From NCBI GenBank assembly GCA_965201075.1, contig CBDAVP010000016.1, forward strand, positions 186,001-250,000: a stretch of 64,000 bases of DNA. Reading direction: 5' to 3'. Positions within the stretch are counted from its first letter, which is position 1. Each line of letters opens with the position of its first letter. This document shows positions 9,815 to 18,633 of this stretch, in pieces. Source of the stretch: Isosphaeraceae bacterium. GTDB lineage: Bacteria; Planctomycetota; Planctomycetia; Isosphaerales; Isosphaeraceae. The notes under the pieces were generated by a model, which was given only the letters and a program-made list of their open reading frames with translations, made no database searches and was not told the origin of the DNA. The position numbers and the translations under genes were made by a program.

Positions 9815-10642
9815 TCAGGCCTCGTCCTTGGGAGGCGTCAGGGCGGTCCGCTTCGGGCCCGAATTCCCCGCCGCCGCGGCAGTGGCCAGTGGGTGCGGCG
9901 GTCGCACGCCGGGGGCGAACTGCTCCAGCAGGGTTTCCCCCATCAGCGCCACTTCCAGCGACAGGCGGGCGATCCGGTTGCGGAACAACGCGTAAAAGGT
10001 GATCGCCGGGATCGCCAGCGCGATCCCTTCCAGCGTGGCGAACAGCGCGATGGAAATGCCCCCGGCCAACTGGCTGGCCTGGGGAGAACCTCCGACGGTG
10101 GCCATGACCTGGAAACTGCGAATCATTCCGTAAACGGTCCCCACCAGGCCGATCATCGGCCCGAGTGTCCCCACGGTGGCCAGGTAGGTTGTGCGATGCT
10201 CCATCTCCATCGTGACGTCATCGTTAGTCAACTCCATCGCCCGCAAGGCGTTGGGGAAACCCGAGGGGAGCTTGCGAACTCCCGCCGCCAGGGTCCGGCC
10301 CAGAAACGAGGTGTCGGCGTTGACTCGGGCGAACGCGTCGGGGAAACGCTTCTGGGCGATCAGGTCGTTCAACTCGGCGATGAGTGGACCGGGCAAGGCA
10401 ACCGACCGCCGGTACTCAAACCCCATCCAGACGACCAGGGCGATCAGGTAGAAGGACATCGCCAGGATCGTCAGGCCGATTGGCCCCGAGGATCTCGCCA
10501 TCCATCCCAGGAAGGATTGCGAGGCTTGCGGTTGAGGCGCGTCGACCGGCGGGGCATCCTGGGCGTGGGCCGGGAGCGCGGCCATGGTCCAAAGAATGAG
10601 AGCCAGGCCGAGAGCCCACCAACCGCCCCATCGTAGCGTCAT
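9815..10642 (-). CDS. exbB: MotA/TolQ/ExbB proton channel family protein
   Basis: LATVGTLGPMIGLVGTVYGMI, LAGGISIALFAT-x-EG-x3-AIP; N-terminal signal peptide. Confidence 0.93.
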   Translation of the reverse strand: MTLRWGGWWALGLALILWTMAALPAHAQDAPPVDAPQPQASQSFLGWMARSSGPIGLTILAMSFYLIALVVWMGFEYRRSVALPGPLIAELNDLIAQKRFPDAFARVNADTSFLGRTLAAGVRKLPSGFPNALRAMELTNDDVTMEMEHRTTYLATVGTLGPMIGLVGTVYGMIRSFQVMATVGGSPQASQLAGGISIALFATLEGIALAIPAITFYALFRNRIARLSLEVALMGETLLEQFAPGVRPPHPLATAAAAGNSGPKRTALTPPKDEA

Positions 10643-10783
10643 CGCGCGGTCGCCTCCTGCGCCAGACCCCCCGCTCCGCCCCGCTCTGCCTCCGGTTCGC
10701 GGGCGGAGAGGGCGCGACGAGCCCCGAGTTTAGCGGGGTCGTCGCGCTGGCACAATTGCCTCATCCGCCATCGAGGGCTTGGC

Positions 10784-12367
10784 TCAGGCCGCGCCCGGAC
10801 CGGTCGGAGCATTGACGTTGTGGACAAAGTTCACCGGACCGGGCAGGGCCGGGACCGCCGCGAAGACATAGGGTTGCGTCATCGCCGTGGTGACGGGGGC
10901 GCCGGCGGTCGGCTGGTGCTCGGTGGTCGTCACGGCAATCTGGCCGTTCTGGGTCGTGACGTGGTTGAGGGTCAACGAATACCCGCCCGTGGGCCGGTAG
11001 ATGATCGAGGCGACAATCATCTGCTTGCTGAAGTCAACCTCCGGGGGCGTGGGGTGCGTCCCGTCGGAGTTGATCGTATTGGCCACGTGGGCCGCGTAGA
11101 ACGAGTCCCAACTGGTCTTGTCGCGGAAGACCAGATCCTCATCGGCGAGGATTGCGCTCTGCGACCCCTGGGCCAGAATCTGGATCGGCAAGTCCACGGT
11201 GGCTCCGGTCCCGCCCGTCGAGCCCGACCCACCCGTTGATCCCGAACCCATGCTTCCGCCATTTCCGGACGGCGACGGATTGCCTGGAGTCGTCGGCGTG
11301 GTGGGCGGCGTGGAGGTTGTGGGAGGAGTCGGCGTCGTCGGCTGAGCGGGTGGGGCTGGGGTGCTCGGAGTACTGGGCGGGGTTGAGGTGCTTGGCGTCG
11401 ACGGCGGGGCCGGTTTGGCCGGGGTCGTCGGCGGAGCCGGGTTGGCCGGAGTCGTCGGCGTGTTGGGCATCGAGGGGGTGGTCGGGGTCGAAGGGGTGGA
11501 TGGGGGGGGTGGTTGCGCTGGGGTTGTCGGCGGAGTTGTTGGCGTGGTTGGTGTGGAACCACTGCCCGGGTTGGGGGAGATCGGTGGTGTTGGAGGTGCG
11601 GGGTTGGTCGGTGTGGTGGGGGTTGAGGGAGCCGAAGGGCTCGTGTTGGCAGGGACCGAGGGCGTGGTGGGGGTGCTGGGAGTCGTGGTCCCCGAGGTCG
11701 GCGTGGTGCTGGGCGCGGTGGGAGTCGCGGGGGCGGTTGTCGTGGACCCGGTTGTCGGGGCCGTCGTGCTGGATGGGTCCTTCAACTGTCCCACCGGCGA
11801 TGGCTGGAAGGGTTGCGCGGTCGTGGTGGAGGCTGGGGTCGTCGTGGTCGAGGTTGAGGGTTGCGGCGTCGAGGGCGTCGGGGTCGTCGGGGCGATATGG
11901 GTGGCGAGGAAGTTATAATTCGGGTTGCCAAAGAAGATGTTGATCTCGGCGATGACCTGCTGGCGGGCCTGTTCGATGGCCGTCGAGCCGACGCCGGCGC
12001 GGGTCTGGGCGTTGGCCCCGACGCCGCTGGCCGAGGGGGCGAGCATCGTGAGCTGAGCGTTGAGGCTGGTGGAGTTGGGCGATTGGAGCTGCTGGTCGAT
12101 GGCCGGCATCAGGGTGTTGGTGGCGTTGGGGACGCGGTTCAACGTCCTGGCGATGTTCAGGTCAAGCGTGGCGACGGCCCGGTCGACGCGAGCATAGAAT
12201 TGCGAGGGGGTCGTGACGGCGGCCCGGTGATAATTGCTCTGGGCCGTGCGGAACGCCGCTTGCACCTGGCCGACGATCCGGCCGAGGTTGGGGGTTCCGG
12301 GGCTCAAGACGACTCGCTCTTCGAGCGGCAAGTCGATGGTCGGGCGGAATTTGTGGTCGTGACTCAT
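10784..12367 (-). CDS. Extracellular protein: Planctomycete LEPR-XLL-like leader, Pro/Thr/Ser stalk, C-terminal PrcB-like domain
   Basis: KFRPTIDLPLEERVVLS leader; about 210 aa PT/PS-rich linker; PEVDFSKQM...RPTGGYS...TTAMTQPY resembles PrcB_C. Confidence 0.75.
   Translation of the reverse strand: MSHDHKFRPTIDLPLEERVVLSPGTPNLGRIVGQVQAAFRTAQSNYHRAAVTTPSQFYARVDRAVATLDLNIARTLNRVPNATNTLMPAIDQQLQSPNSTSLNAQLTMLAPSASGVGANAQTRAGVGSTAIEQARQQVIAEINIFFGNPNYNFLATHIAPTTPTPSTPQPSTSTTTTPASTTTAQPFQPSPVGQLKDPSSTTAPTTGSTTTAPATPTAPSTTPTSGTTTPSTPTTPSVPANTSPSAPSTPTTPTNPAPPTPPISPNPGSGSTPTTPTTPPTTPAQPPPPSTPSTPTTPSMPNTPTTPANPAPPTTPAKPAPPSTPSTSTPPSTPSTPAPPAQPTTPTPPTTSTPPTTPTTPGNPSPSGNGGSMGSGSTGGSGSTGGTGATVDLPIQILAQGSQSAILADEDLVFRDKTSWDSFYAAHVANTINSDGTHPTPPEVDFSKQMIVASIIYRPTGGYSLTLNHVTTQNGQIAVTTTEHQPTAGAPVTTAMTQPYVFAAVPALPGPVNFVHNVNAPTGPGAA
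11270..11895 (-). repeat. Imperfect coding repeats (TPSTPTTP/PAPP-type) forming a mucin-like stalk
   Basis: Recurrent TPSTP, TPTTP and PAxPAPP units in the translation; G-rich plus strand. Confidence 0.8.
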
Positions 12368-12543
12368 CCTGGTAACCCTTTCCCTGGCGAACGCGAGCGA
12401 ACGGCCTGGTCACTGGTCGTGCCGCGAATGAGTTGGCTCCCTCGTGCCCCTCAGAATCGGCCGATTTGACCCACTCGCTTCAATGAGTTTGATCCCGTCA
12501 ACCCAGAAATCGGGAACAACTGGAGCGGAGTTTTCCCAGGGCA

Positions 12544-12572
12544 TGGACGCGAACGTCGAACACCTGTATAGT
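12544..12572 (+). promoter_or_regulatory. Candidate sigma70-type promoter for uvrA
   Basis: TGGACG-N17-TATAGT about 60 nt upstream of the ATG. Confidence 0.45.
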
Positions 12573-12631
12573 CATCCCCCAAAGCGGCCGAGGGGCCGGC
12601 GTGCGACCGCGACACGGAGGTTCACCGGGAC

Positions 12632-15600
12632 ATGGGCGCGTCGGACATTTTGATCCGTGGGGCTCGCGAGCATAACCTGCGCGACGTCTCGCTCGATCTG
12701 CCTCGCGGTCGGCTGATCTGCTTCACGGGCGTCTCGGGTTCGGGCAAAAGCTCGCTGGCCTTTGATACCCTTTACGCCGAGGGACAAAGGCGTTACGTCG
12801 AGAGCCTCTCGTCCTACGCCCGCCAATTTCTCGGGCAGATGCCCAAGCCCGAGGTCGACAAGATCGAGGGTTTGAGCCCGTCCATCTCGATCCAGCAGAA
12901 GACCGGCGGTCGCAACCCACGATCCACCGTCGGAACGATCACCGAGATCAATGACTACCTGCGGGTGCTGTACGCCCGGGTCGGTCGAGGGTATTGCCCC
13001 AACTGCGGACGACCGGTCGCGGCGCAAACCCGCGAGCAGATTGTCGCCCGGATCGCCGCCCTGCCGCCCGGGACGCTGTTCTCGGTCCTGGCCCCGGTGG
13101 TTCGCGGCCAAAAGGGGGAGTACAAGGACCTCTTCCAGGATCTGGCCCGCGCCGGTTATGTGCGGGCCCGGGTCAATGGACAGGTGGTGGCGCTGGCTGA
13201 ACCGATCTCGCTCGGTCGGCAGATCAAGCACAACATCGAGGTGGTCATTGACCGCCTCAAGGCCGGCGAGGGGGCTCGATCACGGTTGGCCGAAGCGGTC
13301 GAGCAGGCGTTGAAGCTGGGCGATGGGACCTTGGTGGTCGCCGTCGAGGGGCAGGCCGACCTGATGCTCTCCTCGAAGTACGCCTGCGTGGCCTGCGACC
13401 TGGGCTTCGACGCTCCGAGCCCGCAGTTGTTCAGCTTCAACAGTCCCCAGGGGATGTGTCCGGGTTGCGACGGCCTGGGGGTGCGGTTCGCCTTCGACCC
13501 GGAACGCCTGATCCCCGACCCGAGCCTGTCGGTCAAGGCCGGAGCGATCCGCCCGGTTGGCCCAACCGCCGACCTGTCCAAGGCCAAGCGGCGCATGCTC
13601 GAACGGCTGGCCAAACACCTGGAAGGGCGAAAAGGGGGTCCCAAGAAGGGGACCTTGCTGAAACTGCCCTGGTCGGACCTCCAGCCCGAGTGGCAAAACG
13701 CCATCTTGCATGGGGGCGACGAGCCGATCTTGATCCCCGGTGGGGCGGGCCCTTACTCGTTTCCGGTCCGTTGGGAGGGGCTGGCCACCGAACTGCTCCA
13801 GAAATACAAGTCGAGCGAAGGCGGGATGTTTCGGAGGATGATCGAGCCGTTGCTCCGGAGCATGCCTTGCCAGGAATGCCGCGGAGCGAGGTTGAACCCC
13901 CGGGCGAGGGCGGTGCGGGTCGGCGGGCGTTCGTTGGTGGAACTGGGAGCCCTGCCGATCGGCGACGCGGTCCGCTTCTTCGATGCCCTGGCCGGTGACC
14001 CCGCCGCCGACCTTCGGCCCGAGGACCAGCCCGAGGCGCTCGACCCCCTTTCCCAGACAATCGCCGAGGAGCTGCTCAAGGAGATCCGCGGGCGTCTCGG
14101 GTTCTTGAGGGACGTGGGGCTGCATTACCTGAGCCTCGACCGCGCGGCGCCGGGGCTTTCCGGTGGCGAGGCCCAACGCATCCGCCTGGCCAGCCAGGTT
14201 GGCGCGGGGCTGGTGGGGGTGCTCTACATCCTGGACGAGCCTTCGATCGGGCTGCATCCCCGCGACAACGACCGCCTGATCGCGACCTTGCGGAGCCTGC
14301 GGGACGCCGGCAACACGGTGATCGTCGTCGAGCATGACGAGGACACGATGAGGGCCTCGGACCACCTGGTCGACTTCGGCCCCGGGCCCGGGGTGAAGGG
14401 GGGCGAGGTCGTGGCGTCGGGTCGTCTGGAGGACCTTGCCGCCGACGCCCGGAGCCTCACCGGGAGTTACCTGGCGGGTCGCAAGACGATCGCCGTTCCC
14501 GAGGTTCGCAAGGCGCCCGATGGTCGCTGGCTGAAGGTGGTGGGGGCTCGTCAGAACAACTTGAAGGGGATCGACGTGGCGATCCCGCTGGGTTTGCTGG
14601 TGGGTGTGACCGGGGTCAGTGGTTCGGGCAAGAGTTCCCTGGTGGGGGAGATACTGCGAGACGCGCTGGCGAGGGACCTCAATGGGGCCCAGACCGAGCC
14701 GGGGGCTCATGACCGGATCGAGGGGGTGGATCAGCTCGACAAAATCATCGACATCGACCAGGCGCCGATCGGCCGGACACCCCGGTCGAACCCGGCCACC
14801 TATATCAAGCTATTCGACCTGATCCGCGACCTGTACACGATGGTGCCGGAGTCCAAGGCTCGCGGCTACAAGGCGGGCCGGTTCAGCTTCAACGTCGCCG
14901 GAGGGCGTTGCGAGGCGTGCGAGGGAAATGGGTCGAACCGACTGGAGATGGACTTCCTGGCCGACATCTGGGTCACCTGCCCGGTCTGCGAGGGGCGACG
15001 GTTCAACCGCGAGACCCTTCATGTCCGGTTCAAGGGAAAAAGCATTGGCGAGGTCCTGGAGATGGACGTCCAGGAGGCGCTGGAACACTTCGCCAATGTC
15101 CCCAAGGTCGCCAGAATGTTGCAGACCCTGCACGATGTGGGGCTCGACTACCTGAAGCTGGGCCAGCCTTCGCCGACGCTTTCCGGGGGCGAAGCGCAGC
15201 GGATCAAGCTGGCGAAGGAACTGGTCAAGCGGCCGACGGGAAAAACCCTGTACGTTCTGGACGAGCCGACGACGGGGCTGCACTTCGAGGACGTGCGGAA
15301 GTTGCTGGAGGTCTTGCACGGGTTCAAGGCGCAAGGGAACACGGTGGTTGTCATCGAGCACAACCTGGACGTGATCAAGACGGCGGACTGGCTGATCGAC
15401 ATGGGACCGGAAGGGGGCGCCGGGGGCGGGACGGTGGTGGCCGAGGGATCGCCGGAAGTCGTGGCGAAGGTCGAGGCCAGCCACACCGGCCGGGCGTTGG
15501 TCAAGGCGCTGGCCGGGCCTCCGCCGCTCAAAAAGCTTCCCAAGCGGGCGGCGAAGGGGAAGGCGCGGAAGGCGACGGCCTCCTCGGAGTCGACTTTGGC

Positions 15601-18600
15601 GGGGATCTCGGTGCGGGGGGCTCGGCAGAACAACCTCAAGGGGGTGGATGTTGACCTGCCCCGTCACAAGATGACCGTGTGCAGCGGGCCGAGTGGATCG
15701 GGCAAGAGTTCCCTGGCGATCGACACGCTGTATGCCGAGGGGCAGCGGCGTTACGTCGAGAGTTTGTCGTCGTATGCCCGGCAATTCCTCGCCCCGTTGC
15801 AGAAGCCGAAGGCCGACCAGATCACCGGTCTGTCCCCGGCGGTGAGCATTGAGCAGAAGACGACCAGCAAGAGCCCTCGCAGCACGGTGGGGACCGTGAC
15901 GGAGATTCACGACTACCTGCGCATCCTCTACGCCCGCCTGGGTCAGGCGCACTGCCCCGACTGCGGCACGCCGATCGGCACCCAGACGGCCGACGAGATC
16001 GTCGAGAAGATCCTCCACGCTCCCGAGGGGACGCGGGCCTACATCATGGCCCCGGTCATCCGCCGGGAACATGAGGGGTTCGAGGGACTTTGGGACGAGT
16101 TGCGCGGTTCGGGGTTCGCCCGGGTTCGGGTCGATGGGAAGTCGGTCAGTCTGGACAAGCCTCCCAAACTCAGCCACCGGCAGGCCCACCGCGTCGAGGT
16201 CGTGGTGGATCGCGCCGTGCTGAAACGCTCGACCCGGTCTCGACTGGCCGATTCGGTCGAGGCGGCGCTGGATCTGGGCAAGGGGGTGGTGCTGGTCGCT
16301 AGGGTCGGCGACGAGGCGGACGAGGCGAACTGGCTGGTCGACCGTTACAGCCAGCATCGCTCTTGCGAGGGTTGCGGGCGGAGTTTCGAGGAACTGACTC
16401 CGCACAACTTCTCGTTCAACAGCCCGTTGGGGTGGTGCCCCTCCTGCGACGGGTTGGGCACTCAGCAGGGGGCGGACCCCGCGGCGTTGATCCCCGACGG
16501 CCGCAAAAGTTTGCGTGACGGGGCTGTTTTGCCCTGGCCAGCGCTGGACGAGGCTCCTTTGTTTGCCCGGATGATCGAAGCGATGGGCCAGTCGTTGGGG
16601 ATGGACCTGGGGACACCGTTCGACGACCTGGAAGGGCGGCAGCGGCGGGCGATTTTGCATGGCACCGGGTCGTCCTGGTTCGTGGTGCCGGCGGCGGGCG
16701 TGGCGCCAGGGTTCTCGTTCCAGTACAAGGGGCTTTTCCCGGCGTTGGAGGAGGCCGGGCGGGTCTCGTATCTGTACCGGGCGAGGTTGCAGGGGATGGT
16801 CGACGACGTCCCTTGCGTGGCCTGCATGGGCTCTCGACTCCGGGACGACGCCGCGGCGGTGAAGTTCCACGACGCGACGATTGACCAGGTCGGCCAGTGG
16901 TCCCTGGGCCGCGCTCTGCGGTTCTTCGAGGACCTGGGGCTCGACAACGATGAAAGCCACATCGCCGGCGACCTCGTGAGGGAGATCCGCGAGCGTCTGC
17001 GGTTCCTGGTCGATGTCGGGCTCGAGTATTTGAGCTTGGCCCGAGGCACGCCCACCCTTTCCGGAGGCGAGAGTCAGCGCATCCGCCTGGCCAGCCAACT
17101 CGGCAGCGGCCTGACGGGCGTCCTGTATGTTCTGGATGAGCCGACCATTGGCCTCCATCCCCGAGACAACCTTCGGTTGCTCAAGGCGTTGCAGCGGTTG
17201 CGGGACCTGGGCAACACGCTGGTTCTGGTCGAACACGACCGCGAGGTGATCGAGTCGGCCGACTACCTGGTCGACTTTGGCCCCGGGTCTGGTGACGGGG
17301 GCGGCGAGGTCACGGCGGCCGGAGCTCCCTCGGCGGTGCGCAAGGTGGAAACGTCGCTGACGGGCCGCTACCTGGCCGGTCGCGAGGCCATTCCCGTCCC
17401 AACCCACCGCCGAGTCTTTGACGGCGGTCCGGCGATCGAGGTCATCGGCGCCCGGCACAACAACCTCAAGAACGTCGACGCGGGGTTTCCGGTGGGACTG
17501 GTCACCTTGGTGACGGGGGTCAGCGGCTCGGGGAAAAGTTCCCTGGTCGAGGATGTCCTGTGGAAGGCGGCGGCGAGGACGCTGCATCGAGCCAAGGTGA
17601 CGCCCGGGGCTCATGAACAGATCCGGGGCCTCGGATATGTCGACAAGGTCATCAGCGTCGACCAGACGCCCATCGGGGGCACCCCGGCGTCGACCCCGGC
17701 CACCTATTCGGGGATGTTCGACCTGATCCGCGACCTGTATGCCAAACTGCCCGAAGCCAAGGCTCGCGGGTTCGCGGCCGGGCGGTTCAGTTTCAATGTG
17801 CCTGGCGGTCGCTGCGAGACGTGCGAGGGGGCGGGCCAGCGACGCATCGAGATGCACTTCCTGCCGGATGTTTGGGTGACGTGCGACTCTTGCCACGGCG
17901 CTCGTTACGAGTCAGAGACCCTGGCGGTCAAGTTCCGCGGCCGGACCATCGCCGACGTGCTGACGATGAAGGTCGACGCCGCCCTGGAACTGTTCGCCGA
18001 GGTTCCCAAGATCCGCCGCATCCTCCAGACCCTGCACGACGTCGGCCTGGGCTACGTCGCGCTCGGACAGGCGGCGCCGACGCTCTCCGGCGGAGAGGCG
18101 CAACGGGTGAAGCTCGCCGCCGAACTGGCCCGGCCCGACACCGGCCAGACGCTGTACATCTTGGACGAGCCAACCACCGGGCTGCACATGGACGACGTCC
18201 GCAAGCTCTTGACGGTGGTCCACCGACTGGCCGACCTGGGCAACACGGTGGTCATCATCGAGCACAACCTGGACGTCATCAAGACGGCCGACTGGTTGAT
18301 CGACGTCGGACCCGAGGCGGGCGGCGGCGGCGGCGCGATCGTCGTGGCCGGAACTCCCGAGGACGTGGCGAAATGCCGGGAGAGCCTCACCGGCGCGATC
18401 CTCAAGCCGATCCTGGCCGCGGGCCCGTTCGAGGCCCGGCCGGTTTTCGACCCCAAGGCGGCGGCCAAGGCGGTGATCGAGGCGGTCCGCGCCGCCGGGG
18501 TTGTCGCCGACCCCTGGGCCGACTCCAAGGCCAAGCTCAAGGCGGTCGCCGGCAAGGGGAATGGACCACGGCGGACCAAACTCGCGGCCGATCGCGAGCC

Positions 18601-18607
18601 AGCGTGA
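12632..18607 (+). CDS. uvrA: Excinuclease ABC subunit A, fused tandem-duplicated (double-length) form
   Basis: Two full UvrA copies in one 1991-aa ORF: four Walker A (GxSGSGKS), four LSGGE signatures, CxxC zinc modules, Lys-rich linker near 15530-15600. Confidence 0.97.
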   Translation: MGASDILIRGAREHNLRDVSLDLPRGRLICFTGVSGSGKSSLAFDTLYAEGQRRYVESLSSYARQFLGQMPKPEVDKIEGLSPSISIQQKTGGRNPRSTVGTITEINDYLRVLYARVGRGYCPNCGRPVAAQTREQIVARIAALPPGTLFSVLAPVVRGQKGEYKDLFQDLARAGYVRARVNGQVVALAEPISLGRQIKHNIEVVIDRLKAGEGARSRLAEAVEQALKLGDGTLVVAVEGQADLMLSSKYACVACDLGFDAPSPQLFSFNSPQGMCPGCDGLGVRFAFDPERLIPDPSLSVKAGAIRPVGPTADLSKAKRRMLERLAKHLEGRKGGPKKGTLLKLPWSDLQPEWQNAILHGGDEPILIPGGAGPYSFPVRWEGLATELLQKYKSSEGGMFRRMIEPLLRSMPCQECRGARLNPRARAVRVGGRSLVELGALPIGDAVRFFDALAGDPAADLRPEDQPEALDPLSQTIAEELLKEIRGRLGFLRDVGLHYLSLDRAAPGLSGGEAQRIRLASQVGAGLVGVLYILDEPSIGLHPRDNDRLIATLRSLRDAGNTVIVVEHDEDTMRASDHLVDFGPGPGVKGGEVVASGRLEDLAADARSLTGSYLAGRKTIAVPEVRKAPDGRWLKVVGARQNNLKGIDVAIPLGLLVGVTGVSGSGKSSLVGEILRDALARDLNGAQTEPGAHDRIEGVDQLDKIIDIDQAPIGRTPRSNPATYIKLFDLIRDLYTMVPESKARGYKAGRFSFNVAGGRCEACEGNGSNRLEMDFLADIWVTCPVCEGRRFNRETLHVRFKGKSIGEVLEMDVQEALEHFANVPKVARMLQTLHDVGLDYLKLGQPSPTLSGGEAQRIKLAKELVKRPTGKTLYVLDEPTTGLHFEDVRKLLEVLHGFKAQGNTVVVIEHNLDVIKTADWLIDMGPEGGAGGGTVVAEGSPEVVAKVEASHTGRALVKALAGPPPLKKLPKRAAKGKARKATASSESTLAGISVRGARQNNLKGVDVDLPRHKMTVCSGPSGSGKSSLAIDTLYAEGQRRYVESLSSYARQFLAPLQKPKADQITGLSPAVSIEQKTTSKSPRSTVGTVTEIHDYLRILYARLGQAHCPDCGTPIGTQTADEIVEKILHAPEGTRAYIMAPVIRREHEGFEGLWDELRGSGFARVRVDGKSVSLDKPPKLSHRQAHRVEVVVDRAVLKRSTRSRLADSVEAALDLGKGVVLVARVGDEADEANWLVDRYSQHRSCEGCGRSFEELTPHNFSFNSPLGWCPSCDGLGTQQGADPAALIPDGRKSLRDGAVLPWPALDEAPLFARMIEAMGQSLGMDLGTPFDDLEGRQRRAILHGTGSSWFVVPAAGVAPGFSFQYKGLFPALEEAGRVSYLYRARLQGMVDDVPCVACMGSRLRDDAAAVKFHDATIDQVGQWSLGRALRFFEDLGLDNDESHIAGDLVREIRERLRFLVDVGLEYLSLARGTPTLSGGESQRIRLASQLGSGLTGVLYVLDEPTIGLHPRDNLRLLKALQRLRDLGNTLVLVEHDREVIESADYLVDFGPGSGDGGGEVTAAGAPSAVRKVETSLTGRYLAGREAIPVPTHRRVFDGGPAIEVIGARHNNLKNVDAGFPVGLVTLVTGVSGSGKSSLVEDVLWKAAARTLHRAKVTPGAHEQIRGLGYVDKVISVDQTPIGGTPASTPATYSGMFDLIRDLYAKLPEAKARGFAAGRFSFNVPGGRCETCEGAGQRRIEMHFLPDVWVTCDSCHGARYESETLAVKFRGRTIADVLTMKVDAALELFAEVPKIRRILQTLHDVGLGYVALGQAAPTLSGGEAQRVKLAAELARPDTGQTLYILDEPTTGLHMDDVRKLLTVVHRLADLGNTVVIIEHNLDVIKTADWLIDVGPEAGGGGGAIVVAGTPEDVAKCRESLTGAILKPILAAGPFEARPVFDPKAAAKAVIEAVRAAGVVADPWADSKAKLKAVAGKGNGPRRTKLAADREPA

Positions 18608-18633
18608 GGGACGGATGGGTCAAGGTTGAACGA

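Noticed and set aside
11270..11895. Repetitive G-rich DNA as a possible CRISPR array or VNTR
   Set aside because: Repeats are imperfect, codon-phased and lack a repeat-spacer structure; explained by the Pro/Thr linker.
14810..17896. 1028-aa minus-strand ORF
   Set aside because: Antisense shadow of uvrA.
12632..18607. Internal DNA repeats in uvrA as a possible misassembly
   Set aside because: Repeats are confined to conserved motifs and the halves are well diverged, consistent with an old duplication.
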